This document shows positions 1 through 12,580 of a DNA stretch of 64,000 nt, in pieces; within the stretch, counting starts at the first letter, position 1, and each line of letters starts with the position of its first letter. The notes under the pieces are model-generated. The model was not told where the DNA came from. It was given only the letters and a program-made list of their open reading frames with translations, and ran no database searches. Source of the stretch: Chara braunii (taxonomy: Eukaryota; Plantae; Charophyceae); NCBI GenBank assembly GCA_003427395.1, contig BFEA01000003.1:9518876-9582875 (forward strand). The letters run 5' to 3'. Position numbers and translations under genes: made by a program.

Positions 1-931
1 GCTTACTAAACCTGAGTCGCGGGTCGGTCCCTCGGTTAAATGCATGATCAAACTGATAAGCGCTCTCTCTCTCGTGTCGAAAAGAATTGATTGGTTGTTG
101 TGCGGGTGTTGTTTTCTTCTCTTGATGACGTTCCGGGATCTTTGCAATTGATTGACATGTGGACTGACGCACACCCTTCGATCGGGCGTCAGCCTCCCGT
201 ATCTCCCGCGCCAACGCGACCTTTTCCTTACGACAAGAAAATGACACGTGTATGCGAGTGGGACGTATGAGAAGTTGTTGCACGGATCGGCGGACGATAC
301 TACTTTCCTCATGAAAATCGTTGCTCAAGATTCGTGGACGCCGGATTTGTCATTATCGATACACACTTTCCGCCTTACTCGATATTATTGCCCATTAACG
401 AGCTGATCGTCATTCCGTGGAAGGCAGTAGAACCCCACTGGCCTCGCACTCTGTGCACTGAGTGCCGGCGTTTTGAGCGCTACGAATCCAAGGGTTTCCA
501 GTACCGTATACGAAACGACCACGAACATAAAGAACGAGCCACACGACTGAGACCCTCCACGTCGGACTCAGAACTGATCAGTGAGCGACGCCGTGAATTA
601 ATACGCAAACGAGACACGCGAAGTGTGCCGAAACCTTTTTGCTCTAAACAAAGGGCCGTAGCACGGTGGGAAGTCCGACATTACTTTTTGGATTAAATTT
701 GTACTCCTCTCTCCTTTTCGCGTCGAATTCGTGCGCGCATTCTGTAACGCGCGAAAAGCAACCGACTCACTTCATCGGACCGTCACGGGGGATTTCAGTT
801 CTGTCTGTGTCCCCACACTCAATTTTAAAAAATCCTTGGCACACCCCATCTTGCTGTTTTTCTGGGCCTCTTTTCCGCACACTTAGCGCTCCGAACGGAA
901 GACAGCACGGGGCGTGAGGTTGCGCGTCACA
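1..931 (+). mobile_element. Partial LTR (family B), 3' end at ...GCGTCACA
   Basis: The end GGCGTGAGGTTGCGCGTCACA and the upstream AAAATCCTTGGCACACCCC match the end of the putative LTR at ~34190-34280 (GGCGTGAGGTTGGGCATCACA). It has a CA terminus; the start lies outside the window. Confidence 0.5.
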
Positions 932-1575
932 CGTAAAGGAGCTATTGGAAAATCTTATTGAAGCCATGCCACAAGAATCGTACTGGATCCTCAAACGTGG
1001 CCCCACCTTGAGAGAAGGAGACTGGGTGGCAAACACAGGGAACCCGCTGAGGATTGGCTTGATACAAATGGTTGCACCCCAAACAGTCCTGGTCGAATAC
1101 TACACTATCACGAAAACGGGCACCCTCCAAGGGAGTAGAGCACCCTTCGAATGGAGAGATAGAACAACAGTGCACCGAGTGAGAGTTATAGAAGAGAAGG
1201 GACAAAGGGTGGCATTCCAGCCAGACAAACCAATCCAGGACCTGACTCTGGACCCGGTGGAATGGACTTGGCAGCCCCCCCAAAAGAAGGGAGCCCCCAG
1301 TATAGGTCATATTAGTCTGCACCAGCTAACGGTTAAATCAGCCTACAAAATGCTCAGACCTAAACGGTACCTGAGGGATATGATTAACGACAGATGGGTC
1401 AGACACCTGAATGTGGACCGCACCCTCTTGTCACCAATCCAATGGTTCATGGAACAAAAGTATAAGCCCATGAAAATCACCCCCCTACAGTGGCAGATAG
1501 TCCACCGCTGTCTGCCAACCGATGACTGGTTGACAAACCGTACAAACCTCGAACAAAAAGATTTATTGCTCCCGT
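932..1575 (+). pseudogene. L1/Tx1-like LINE ORF2 C-terminal fragment
   Basis: The N-terminal part of ORF 945..1892 (WILKRGPTLREGDWV...LQWQIVHRCLPTDDWL) aligns with the ORF2 C-termini at 45706-46536 and 61187-61899. The remainder of that ORF is read-through into an LTR. Confidence 0.8.
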
Positions 1576-2341
1576 ATCAGCTGTCAAGGGTTGGATTGGA
1601 TACTCTTCATTATGAGTTCGCGCCGCCACTGCCCGAACGTGATTTCGCCAGCATGAACTTAGTTGTGATGCAGTCGTATGAGATTAACCCACGAATGGAT
1701 AAGATTTTCGAGATAAGGTTGACGTTTGTTCGCTCCGTACTTTGGATGAACGAACGACAGGGTTCATTCTTTGGTATATATCATACGAGACAGGTGCGAG
1801 CGAAAAGGTTCATTATTCTACGTGTTGAGTCATTCTCTAAGTATGCATGGCACGACAAAGAGGATGAACTCGTGGAACGATTACGCGACTAATGCAGTTT
1901 TGTTCTAACGCGCAAATGCCTGAAGCTCGACGAGATTTGACGATCCCGTGATACCTGCTGGTTCGTGATACACATGAGGACGATCTTATCAGAGGAGCGG
2001 AGAAGCTTTTACGGGTTTGAGATGGTTTTCCTACTAAGTGGATCGGCTTCATCGGATTACTCCAAAATGACGAAGGGTTTTTTCCTTATACTCGAGCGGG
2101 TTTCTGGGCAAATACGGTTCGGACTTCGGATGATTTTTTTGGATGTACTTTGTATTTCCACCACGCAAGCAACCTCCAATGTCTCTCTCGAGTCATTGTG
2201 AGCATTAAGATTACCTCGTCCGACAGACGTTTCGGCGTCATTCGGATCCGGGACACGGAGACCAGACACTTGTTTGGACTTCAAGTTAGTCGGCCTCTTC
2301 GAGTCATAGTATGGAGACTAGCCTTGCGGATGGCCCCCTTT

Positions 2342-2829
2342 CTATGAAACACCCGCGGACGCGTCCGCGGGTCCGATCTCGGATGGCGGACGTAGATGGG
2401 TCCGCGTCCGCGGTCGACCTGGTCCGCGCTGCGGACCTGATTTTACCAGAATTTTCCTGAATTAAATAATAGGTTAAAAATACATATATATATGGGGTTG
2501 TAGGGAATCTTAAGCCCTACATCCCCGTATTTGTTTTTTTGGAATCCGACTTTGTTTAGGATTTTAAAAAAATCAAAAACTAAATTCGATTTTAAGAAAA
2601 AGAAAAAAATAAATAAAAAAAAGCTGGATTTTTTTTTTCTAATTTTTTATCACGAGATATATGGTCCCTGAGTTTACCTGTATTTTTTTAGAAATGAATT
2701 GCTGTTTTTTGCAGGGGTATGAGGTGTTTTAAAAAAATGCAATGCAAAATTTGAAAATAAATAAAGAAAAAACTTCAAAAAAAGGGTTTGATTGATTGAT
2801 TGATTGTGAGTGAGTGAGTGAGTGAGTGA

Positions 2830-2878
<49 letters not shown>

Positions 2879-4010
2879 NNNNNNNNNNNNNNNNNNNNNN
2901 NNNNNNNNNNNNNNNNNNNNNNNNNNNNNNNNNNNNNNNNNNNNNNNNNNNNNNNNNNNNNNNNNNNNNNNNNNNNNNNNNNNNNNNNNNNNNNNNNNNN
3001 NNNNNNNNNNNNNNNNNNNNNNNNNNNNNNNNNNNNNNNNNNNNNNNNNNNNNNNNNNNNNNNNNNNNNNNNNNNNNNNNNNNNNNNNNNNNNNNNNNNN
3101 NNNNNNNNNNNNNNNNNNNNNNNNNNNNNNNNNNNNNNNNNNNNNNNNNNNNNNNNNNNNNNNNNNNNNNNNNNNNNNNNNNNNNNNNNNNNNNNNNNNN
3201 NNNNNNNNNNNNNNNNNNNNNNNNNNNNNNNNNNNNNNNNNNNNNNNNNNNNNNNNNNNNNNNNNNNNNNNNNNNNNNNNNNNNNNNNNNNNNNNNNNNN
3301 NNNNNNNNNNNNNNNNNNNNNNNNNNNNNNNNNNNNNNNNNNNNNNNNNNNNNNNNNNNNNNNNNNNNNNNNNNNNNNNNNNNNNNNNNNNNNNNNNNNN
3401 NNNNNNNNNNNNNNNNNNNNNNNNNNNNNNNNNNNNNNNNNNNNNNNNNNNNNNNNNNNNNNNNNNNNNNNNNNNNNNNNNNNNNNNNNNNNNNNNNNNN
3501 NNNNNNNNNNNNNNNNNNNNNNNNNNNNNNNNNNNNNNNNNNNNNNNNNNNNNNNNNNNNNNNNNNNNNNNNNNNNNNNNNNNNNNNNNNNNNNNNNNNN
3601 NNNNNNNNNNNNNNNNNNNNNNNNNNNNNNNNNNNNNNNNNNNNNNNNNNNNNNNNNNNNNNNNNNNNNNNNNNNNNNNNNNNNNNNNNNNNNNNNNNNN
3701 NNNNNNNNNNNNNNNNNNNNNNNNNNNNNNNNNNNNNNNNNNNNNNNNNNNNNNNNNNNNNNNNNNNNNNNNNNNNNNNNNNNNNNNNNNNNNNNNNNNN
3801 NNNNNNNNNNNNNNNNNNNNNNNNNNNNNNNNNNNNNNNNNNNNNGGGATGCGCCGCCACGTGGCGTATCTTGAATTTCGAAAGTTGCTCCCCTGCGGCC
3901 GCCACGTGGCTTCAAAGCCGCGCGTCCGCTTGGACACGTCCGCGGGGTCGGCGGACTGGCCGCGTCCGCGGATTCGGCCGCGGATGGCCGCCGCCGAGGG
4001 GGATTCATAG
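2342..4010. mobile_element. Non-autonomous DNA transposon, hAT-like (8-bp TSD)
   Basis: TIRs are CTATGAAACACCCGCGG / CCGAGGGGGATTCATAG, with subterminal CCGCGG repeats. Flanks are CCCCCTTT and CCTTCTTT; the empty site in the paralogous LTR (~18339-18346) has a single CCTCCTTC. The interior is mostly an assembly gap. Confidence 0.7.
2788..2878. repeat. Compound microsatellite (GATT)n(GAGT)n(GT)n next to a gap
   Basis: Read directly from the sequence. Confidence 0.95.
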
Positions 4011-5245
4011 CCTTCTTTTATGGTACTCAAATCATTAGAGTTACGCGCGGTGGGCGGATGACGACCCTGGTTTTCGACAATGATGAGTTTGCGCGATTGG
4101 ACGTATTGGAGACCCAGGTGCATAGCGAACGACAGATTTACTATGGTTAGATGCAGCTTTCTGAAAATCTTACTCGGATTTCGGAAAACGCCTCGCATAG
4201 ACTAATCCCGTCGAGGGAGCCATACGATAATGGCGTCGTGAGTTAATCTCAAACCAAAAACAAAAACACTCTATTTAGATACGGTCACCGGATGGATAGT
4301 ATTCAGACTACCCCAATGATTTAACTATCACGCCTTGGCATTGAGGGGTAAATATATAGGAAAGAAAAAGTAAATAAACACTCCTCATCAGACAGAAATC
4401 AACATTTCTAACTAGTATGAACAGTTTTCAAGTTGCATTTTACAAGGTAACCTTAACCCTGAATTCAGAAGGATCTGACTATGGGCTTTGGCTTAAAGGA
4501 TTGAAAAAACTCTTCTCCGATAAAATAACTCTATGTATTGACCATATCAACGACGAGGAGGAAAACACAATGGCATAATCTTTTCATTAGACCAAACTAA
4601 TTATATTTAACATTGTGCTATGTTTTCATAGCTATGATTGTTGGGGTAATTGATTGAAAGATCGACTTTGTATGTATGTATTGCTTTAAGCGTGTATGAG
4701 TTCGCCTGGATAAGTTATACATACATATATGGTATGTATGGGACTAGGGGTGAATTATGGTTTCACGCGTAATAGAAACCGCCCTAGTCGACCGGCGTAC
4801 GCTTTATCCTTAGGAGATCAACGCCCTAAGTGACGAACGACGTTCACGTTCACCATACGTTTTAATCGCGTGTGCCTATACTACAATGAACGAGCAAACG
4901 CCCTCGACTGACTCACCTCTGCGATTGTAAGTTAAAGCTTTCGTATGTGGGTCAGTAGCTCGGTGGGGATACGCCCCTAAGGGTGGTGACAACCCCTTAG
5001 GGAAGAAAATTTATGCGCCGCTGGAACCTATCCTGTTGTAGTAGACCGTGCAATGTATAGTTGGTGCACCCGGCTAGAGCGACAAAGGGACGTCGCAACC
5101 GCGGCCGTCTCGGCGGTTCGTGGAATGTTTTGCGTCGTTCCCAAGTTGTCTTTACTTTATGTTAATTTTCAAACTCCTTCGTGACACGACCGGGAGGGTT
5201 CCCGCCTCTACGTGAGAAAAGGCGGGGGCCGATGCGCTCGGCAGG

Positions 5246-5263
5246 TGACACCGTTGCCGGGGA
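5246..5263 (+). promoter_or_regulatory. Primer-binding site complementary to the 3' end of tRNA-Asp(GTC)
   Basis: TGACACCGTTGCCGGGGA versus canonical TGGCGCCGTTGCCGGGGA (two G>A changes), 2 nt after the LTR CA end. This PBS type is known from Athila elements. Confidence 0.8.
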
Positions 5264-5450
5264 TAACGACATCTTACCGTTGTCCCTGGTGGAACGACAT
5301 TCGGGTAAGAAAATATTAAGAAATTGTAATCTAAGGTTGTTTTTGTTTTGTTTGCAGATGAAAAACCAGAAAAACTTTACAGGGATGAAAAACAAGGAAT
5401 AGTTAATTGAAATATGAATGTGTGATGTTATTGTTCTTGTGCTCCTCAAG

Positions 5451-6517
5451 ATGGCTGCCGGAAATGACGATGAAAGGAGGAATGGTATCAGAGAGTTGGC
5501 CAGGGCAATTCAAGAATCAACCACTCAAAGGGATCAACTTCCAAAAGCAGAAGTGTCTTTGTTCGATGGCAACAACGTCTCAGGTTGGGTCGAGAAGTTC
5601 GAGCAGTTAGCAAGCTGTCGAGAATTGATTGATGTAGAAATGTTGCAAAAAGTAAAATAATACTGCAAGGTAGAATATAAGGAGGAATTGATGGCCTTGG
5701 TAAATGAATCGAAAGATTGGGCTGAGTTTAAGGAAAAATTGTTGGATAAATATCAACTGGGATATCAGTTGTTGGATTTAGCTGATCTCCGGAAAGTCGT
5801 CCGGCGGAAGTTTGGATCGTCTAAGCAATTCCTCACTGAATTTGAGCGAGTTGCTCGGTTGATACATGATCTGCCTGATAAGGACAAATGCCTTATCTTT
5901 CTGGATAACTTTTCGAGGGTTGAGCAGAGGAAATTAATGAAAGACATACATGGGCGATATGATTGGCCAAAATTAAAATCCAATCTCCTAGCAGGGAGTT
6001 TCGATCAAATGTTTTATTTGTTGCTGAAACGGCGAAAAGAAGATCGTGAAAATGAGGATATTGGGAAAGACAAGGATCATGAAGTTTTAAGACTCTGTCG
6101 AATATGAAAGAAATGATGACAGACATGCGCGCAAAGCGTCTAAAGTTTGAGATTATGATGGTTAAGGCAAAGGGAGGTAAGAGAAAAGGGAAGGAAGTTG
6201 TTGTTGCAAGCAGCAGTGAAAGCGAGAGCGAGGGAGACGAACCCCCTAAGAAACCGGCGAAAACCGAAAGAAAGACTTTGAATCAAATTCGAGGGGGTCA
6301 GGGAACCACCCAGAAACAAGGAAAGAATGGTGGGAATGACGGGAACGACAAAAACATTCAAGCACAGCCTGAGCAGTCCCAACCCAGCCCAAGTCAGCAA
6401 CAAGTTGGAGGAGGTCGTGGGAAGGGACGAGGGAATTTTGGGGGACACGGTAATTGGGATAAGGATCTTACATGTAAGTATTACATCCAAAAGGGGCACG
6501 TTATGCAATTTTGTTAA
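5451..6517 (+). pseudogene. gag: Gypsy gag (decayed, with stops and frameshifts)
   Basis: FDGNNVSGWVEKFEQL...WAEFKEKLL capsid-like segments, a G/R-rich stretch and a degenerate zinc knuckle (CKYYIQKGHVMQFC). It lies directly after the PBS. Confidence 0.75.
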
Positions 6518-7315
6518 ATCCTCGTCAAAGACGAGCAGACAAAATCGTATATACTACCATTCGTGGAGAAGTCTTCGATTTTGAAGGAAATCTTATCGAT
6601 CCGGACATCGAGGGGAGTATAAGAAAGGAAGCTTTCCGGCGAATGAGGAAGAGTTTGCAGGCCACCTTCAGGGTGGCATCGCCAGAAGAAGAAGAGATCT
6701 TCCGAATGGAAGAAGCATTTCAATTTTTACAGATTCAATTTGATGATTCATGGGTGGAACTGGGGGAACTAACGGAACAAGGAAAAATGTCCATTCAGTG
6801 GGTACAAAAGATAACCGAGAAGATGAGGAAATGCCGAGATGGGTTGTCCAGTTGTGTCTCGACATGGATGAGAAATTGTCAGATTTACCTAATGTATGTC
6901 TATTTGGAGGATGGGATAAACATGATAATACTTCTCCAGTTCCACCTGAATCGCCATCCGGTCACATGTCCATGGTTTCTAATTTGATGTCTCGTCCTGT
7001 ACTCAAGCGAGCGGCTCCGACGACATTACCACAGGTGCGTGGAACTCGAAAAGCCTTGAGCAAGAAAACGGCAACAACCGAAGGTACGTTGAAGGAACCG
7101 GTGGAAGAAGTCCTTATTCCGGATGATGAGGAAAGTGATTCAGACAAAGAGGATAAGAGATTGCATGTTGAAGATGAACGACAAGCATGACAGTGCGCTT
7201 CTGAACGTGACACTGAGAAAGGAAAGGAGGCAGTCGAGGAGGAGGAACCTCGACGTAAGAAGAATATCTACACAATCCCTATTAAAAAAGGGATTGACAT
7301 TGAACAGATTGTTGA

Positions 7316-8113
7316 TTGCATTTGGAAAGTCAGCGTGACTTGGTCACACTGAAGGAATTTCTGGCAGCATCTCCTAAAATCCGCGACGAGCTCAAGCAGC
7401 GATTGGAGCGGAGAAAGATAATGACTGTCAAATTTGGGGATATCATTCCTCCAGAGGCCAATTGGGCACCTGCAGGAACCAAAATGGATTGGCGATGTGT
7501 TGCCACTGGTCTCCTAAAAGTGCACGTTGGACAAGGTGAGTTTTCTGCCCTGATTGATAATGGTGCAGAAATGAACATCATTCGAGAGAGAGAAGCGATG
7601 GAGACAGGAATCCGGGTCAATCGATCTGACACTGGATTCCTTATAGGTGCAAGTGGATCCACTCCTTTTTGTGGCACGGTCAGTGACGTCATGGTCACAG
7701 TGGGGAAGGTGAAAACTCGCTCCTTTTATGTTTTACCCCGAGTTGAACATGAAGTTTTGTTGGGGAGACCATTTTTTTGCAAGACCGAGAGTTTGATTAT
7801 TAATAAGCATGATGGCTCAATGTTTGTCGCATTGTGTAACCCTGTCTGTGGGTATTACGAGATGACAAAATGCGAAAACACTGGGCCTGAAAATTCAAGG
7901 AACCGGCTTAATCCCGGATCTTACTCTTTCCCTGGATCTGAGAGACTTAGGAGGGAGAAAAAGTCATTTGATGGTTATGAAAAACCGATAGAGTTTTCTA
8001 TTACACTGCCGAACATATCACAGACAATAAAATTTCTTTTGACAGAATCCTCGGTTGATCCTGGACTGGTACATGCATTAACCGATGTGATATTTGATGT
8101 GGGAAGTGCGTGA
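7316..8113 (+). pseudogene. pol: Retropepsin-like aspartic protease region of pol
   Basis: ALIDNGAEMNII active-site motif and downstream VLLGRPF motif. Confidence 0.85.
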
Positions 8114-8399
8114 AACATGACTTTAACGTATCGATTGGATGCACCTCAATAGGCAAGTACGCTGGTTACGCCTGCATCGAGTCAGGGTCCTTTTTTAGAG
8201 GACGGAAACTTGTCACGGGATTGAAACGCAAGCATAAGAAAGTAGGAGTGAAAGCGCAGCCTGTGCCTGTCTTAATCACTCAGGACCAAGAAGTTTATTA
8301 CAAAGAAGTAAGAGAGTGGATCAAGACAATGAACATGAAAGCGGAAGAGGGGCTTTGTCGATTGACAGATGATAGAAACTGACTTCCTCGTTCAAACTC

Positions 8400-9800
8400 T
8401 AAAGGATATACATATGGCGTATGCCTTTGACAACAGAGAGCGAGGAAGGTTAGATGTTGATATGATTCCAGTGATCAGAATACATACGGTACCACATGAG
8501 CCATGAAATATAAGAGGTCCGTGATATCCCAATCCAGACGATCATCAACATGTGATTGAGTATCTGGATGAGAAAATTCAGACGAAGGTGGCAGATTATT
8601 CTTATGGTCCGTATGCATCTCCTTGGTTCTGTTCTATCAAACCAAACGGCGTCCTCAGATGGGTCCAGGACCTGCAAAGGTTGAATGCAGTGACTGTTCG
8701 AGATGCGAGTGGACTTCCACATGCAGATCAACTGTCGGAGTCTTGCGCAAGCAGATCCATCATAACATTGATTGACTTCAAGTTGTATTCCGGTTATGAT
8801 CAATTCCCCTTGTATACCAAGGATAGACCCATGACGGCAATGCATACGCCTAGGGGATTGATTCACATGTGCTCAGCACCTCAAGGATGGATGAATGTCG
8901 TCGCCATTGTACAACGATATATGATGAGGGTCATGCAGCCACTCTGTCCGGACGTAACCTCACCATATATCGACGACTTGGCTATTCCAGGACCTCGCGT
9001 AAAAGATGAGAAGAGGATGTTACCAGGCATTCGCAACTTCGTGATGTGGTGAAGGTCCTGCGAAAGCTGAAAGAGTACAACCTCACAGCTAGCGGTGTCA
9101 AATCGAGACACTGCATGCGCGAGGCGACAATTTTGAGATTTTTATGCGATACGAAAGGTCGTCGGCCAGATACAAAGAAGACGAACAAAATTTTGGAATG
9201 ACCAACTCCTTTCAAATCCATCACTGATGTACGAAGCTTCCTTGGGACCTGTGGGTTTTAGCGTACCTTTATCCGGAGGTTTGCAGCAAGGGTAGAACAC
9301 TTGAGGAAATTGGTACGCAAAAACCAAGATTGGGAATGGGGACCCAGCTAACAGGCAGCAGTAGACGACATGAAGGCTGCATTTCGAGAAGGCGGAATGA
9401 TTCGCGGCGTTCCTTACTTCTATAACGATCTAAATCGACCCTTCATCATGGAGACAGACGCATGACCTACCGCTTTGGTTGGTGTTCTGATCCAAAAAGA
9501 TGAAGAGGGACAAGAACGACCGTTGAGATTTGAAAGTCGGACCTTGAATACTAACAAGCATAATTATTCCTAATTCAGAAACTATGTATTTGGAAGACGT
9601 TTTGTTATGCGAGTGGATCCGATGACTCTGGCTCAATCATTGAGGAATCACTCTCCTCCGAATCCGACTGTCGCTCTATGGCTAACGTATATATGGATGT
9701 TTGATTTTGAAATCGGGCGTATCTCTGGTACTCAAAACCGGGCTGATGGACTGAGTCGAATTGAATGGGATTCATCCAAGGACCAGGCGAGGACTCAATC
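8400..9800 (+). pseudogene. pol: Gypsy reverse transcriptase and RNase H (decayed)
   Basis: Motifs YGPYASPWF, LRWVQDLQRLN, PQGWMN and YIDD (~8966), followed by RSFLGTCGF, FIMETDA and NRADGLSR. Confidence 0.92.
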
Positions 9801-10226
9801 CCTGTGGACAACTTCTTGGATAAAGAGGAACATCGGCTAAGTATTAACTTTGTTAACTACTTGGAAAATGTTTCTTCTCGATCTGGTAAATTTATTTGGA
9901 ATGCACCTAATTTTTATCAGGTACGTTCTGAACTTCTGATGGATGAAATTTTTGTTGAAGAAGATCCATGGGGGGAGAGAACTGCAGAACAAATGATGAG
10001 TTTATCACTGTCCGACTCAGTCAGCATTACTGACGAATCCTTGACAATCGAGGGCGGTCACGAGCAAGTTGATAAAGCCTCTAGAACTTGTGGAGGTTTG
10101 TTATTTCTCGTGAACTCCTTGATTCAGGAAGATCGTCTTAAAATGATGCCATAAGAAGGAGGAAGCAGTGAGATCAGGGAAACCTCTCGTAAAAGTGAGT
10201 ATGATGGAATCTATCAGAAGATTGAA

Positions 10227-11440
10227 TTGAGGTTGAATGAGGAAATTGATGAAGGTGAGGTGGATCCAGAAATTCGCTTGAAAAGTAAGGATTTTGTTGT
10301 CAGGTATGGTCATCTCTTCAAGAAATCAGACAATGGCGTTCCAAGGAGAGTGGTATGTGGATTAACAATACAGCTTGACGTGATTGCCGCTCTGCCTGAT
10401 GGAGTTGCAGGCGGTCACAGATCAGCACGAGTCACTTTACGGAAGATTCAACATCTTTACTTATGGGATGGGATGAGAAAAATGATTGTTAATTTTCGTA
10501 ACTCTTGCGTCCTTTGTCAGAAGCGTTCGAATCTTCGGTATATTGAACCACTTACTCCTCGATACGTGACTGAGCCAAATGCTATACTCCATCTCGATTT
10601 GTTGGTAATGCCACGAGAGATTAATGGATACAGGTATATTTTTAATGTCAGGGATAACTTAACCGGCTTCATCGATGGATGTGCAATCCGTGAACGAACT
10701 GGGAAAATGCCGACAGAATGTATTGAGGAATTTTATCTTCGATATCTGTTCATCCGCGAATTCGTGACGGATCGAGGCGGGGAATTTCGTGCAGAAGACG
10801 TACAAGCTGTTTTGAAAAAGATCGGTGTAAATTACGGTTACACCACCAAAGCTCATCCACATGCTAATGCTCCAGTTGAACGAGGACACGCTACTATGAC
10901 CAACTTATTGACAAAATGGTGTGCGGGTAATCCGTCCAGATGACCTGTTTATCTGAGGGCAGCAATGTTCATGAAAAACATTACTTTCAAGCGAACGATT
11001 GAGTACGCTCCTGTGACTTTATGGTTCGGTCGACATACAATATTCCCAATCGAAAGTTTTCTGACTGCCTGGCAGAAGCAGGATATGAAGATAAACCTTT
11101 CCACAAAAGAATTACTTGACCTCAGGGCAAGACAAATAATGATCACAGAGGAGAAGATTGAGGAGGTTGATGCCTCGACTGCAGAGAGCAGGCAGGCAGA
11201 TAAGGACACATGGGATAATCAGCCTCGAGTTCGTAAAGAGCCTCTAAAAATTGGCGATATCGTTCTCCTCTATGATTCATCTCTGGAAAAGCAATGATCA
11301 AGTTGGATAGTCGATGGTTGAGACCGTATTGTATTATAAAAAAGACGGATCATGGAGCGTACGAGATCGAGGAAATGGATGAGGCACGTGGTCGGAATCG
11401 GGTTTCTGGATTCATTTACGGAAGTTCATTCAGAGGGAAT
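10227..11440 (+). pseudogene. pol: Gypsy integrase (decayed)
   Basis: Zinc-finger remnant GGH...CVLCQ, core LHLDL / TDRGGEF / NAPVERGH, and C-terminal KIGDIVLL...KLDSRWLRPY. The PR-RT-RH-INT order indicates Ty3/Gypsy. Confidence 0.92.
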
Positions 11441-11859
11441 GAGAACAATGATTGTTTTATTTTTAGTATTTCTATAAATTATAGCAATTCTGATTTTTTA
11501 ATGTGAAAAACAACACGGAAGCATAACTTAGGATGTGATTTCTTTTTGTTTAGAGGTATTTTTTATCATTGTGCAATTGTAAATATTTATTGTGAATTTT
11601 CTTATGATCCGGTAATAAACTATTGTGATAAGAGTGGTGACAACTTTTAAATTTTCAAATGTGTCTTTTTTCCTGTGTGTAATTGTGAATACTTTTTATG
11701 TATGACTGGGTCTATATGAATGACTATGTATGTGAACGAATGAGAATGTTTGGCATGAAGATACTCCATCTCATATCCTGTTGAGACAAAATTTTTGAAA
11801 GATGTGAGCTCTGTAGGTGGTAATGAGGCCCGTGCCGGAACTTTGTTCCAGGTCCATAA

Positions 11860-12580
11860 CGGGATGTTGTCATCTCCCTTGTGGAAGGGGGTGGTTACAT
11901 TACTATTGAAAGGGAGGAAGGTTTTGCGATTTATCAGGGCGCCGTCAGTAGAGTAGACGACCACGATTTACTGCGAGGGTAGGGTTGGTCTCCTAACTTT
12001 GAAGTAGACAGGGTCGTCTTGTCCTCATAACTAAGGTCTGACCAACCTCTGGCTGTGTGGAAGAAGGTTGTCCTACCCTATTGGCAGCAGAATGATAAGA
12101 TTGTGAGACTGGAATCGGAGGAAAAGTGGTGAGACCCGAATCTTAAGCGGGGCTTGATGTCGGGATGTTGTCCTTTAAAGGATTACACCACTCCTCGATG
12201 CTAATCACATTAGAGTCAGAATGGTCTTATATGGTATGCTATTGAGTATCAAAAGGATGAGCTCACTCTGTTGGATGAATGGAAGGAAGATGTGGATGAA
12301 TGGTTTCTCTCATAAATGGTTAAAATCCAGGAGATTGATACATTTTGAAAGACCTATCGGGGGTTTATCCTGACTCATTTGGGGAAATAGGTTAAACGCA
12401 AGTTTTCTGTGAATAAAAAGGAAATACTTGAGGTCTTTGTTTTGATGTTTTCCCTGACTGTAGTATAATGTGAGTATCCTGGTGTATATGGGAGGCCCAG
12501 GTTAAATTCCTGGCGGCGTTGTGTACATCGAGGTGTTATGAAGAGCATCCCTGTAAACTCAAGAGACCCGGGTTAGATTC
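11860..12580 (+). pseudogene. Possible decayed extra ORF downstream of pol
   Basis: One frame reads protein-like (DVVISLVEGGGYITIEREEGFAIYQGAVSRVDDHDLL...WYAIEYQKDELTLLDEWKEDVDEWFL) with scattered stops. No recognisable homology. Confidence 0.35.

Larger units (their letters stand above)
1582..5243 (+). mobile_element. 5' LTR of Ty3/Gypsy element (family A), 5'-truncated and interrupted by the 2342-4010 insertion
   Basis: 1583-2341 plus 4019-5243 is colinear with 17603-19202, which lacks ~4572-4921. It ends ...GATGCGCTCGGCA immediately before a PBS. Confidence 0.8.

Noticed and set aside
1582-1590. TGTCAAG as the true LTR start (it is the inverse of CTTGACA)
   Set aside because: The paralogous LTR continues 4.7 kb further upstream, and there is no TSD or polypurine tract. 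A deletion junction is more likely.
945-1892. 315-aa ORF as a novel gene
   Set aside because: It is a chance in-frame fusion of a LINE ORF2 fragment with the LTR-encoded frame.
2674-4198. Long ORFs full of X (also at 14.1, 41.2 and 44.4 kb)
   Set aside because: They are artefacts of N gaps and microsatellites.
7545-7580. Protease triad DNG instead of D-S/T-G
   Set aside because: A single G>A change in a heavily decayed copy could explain it; it cannot be called a family trait without a consensus.
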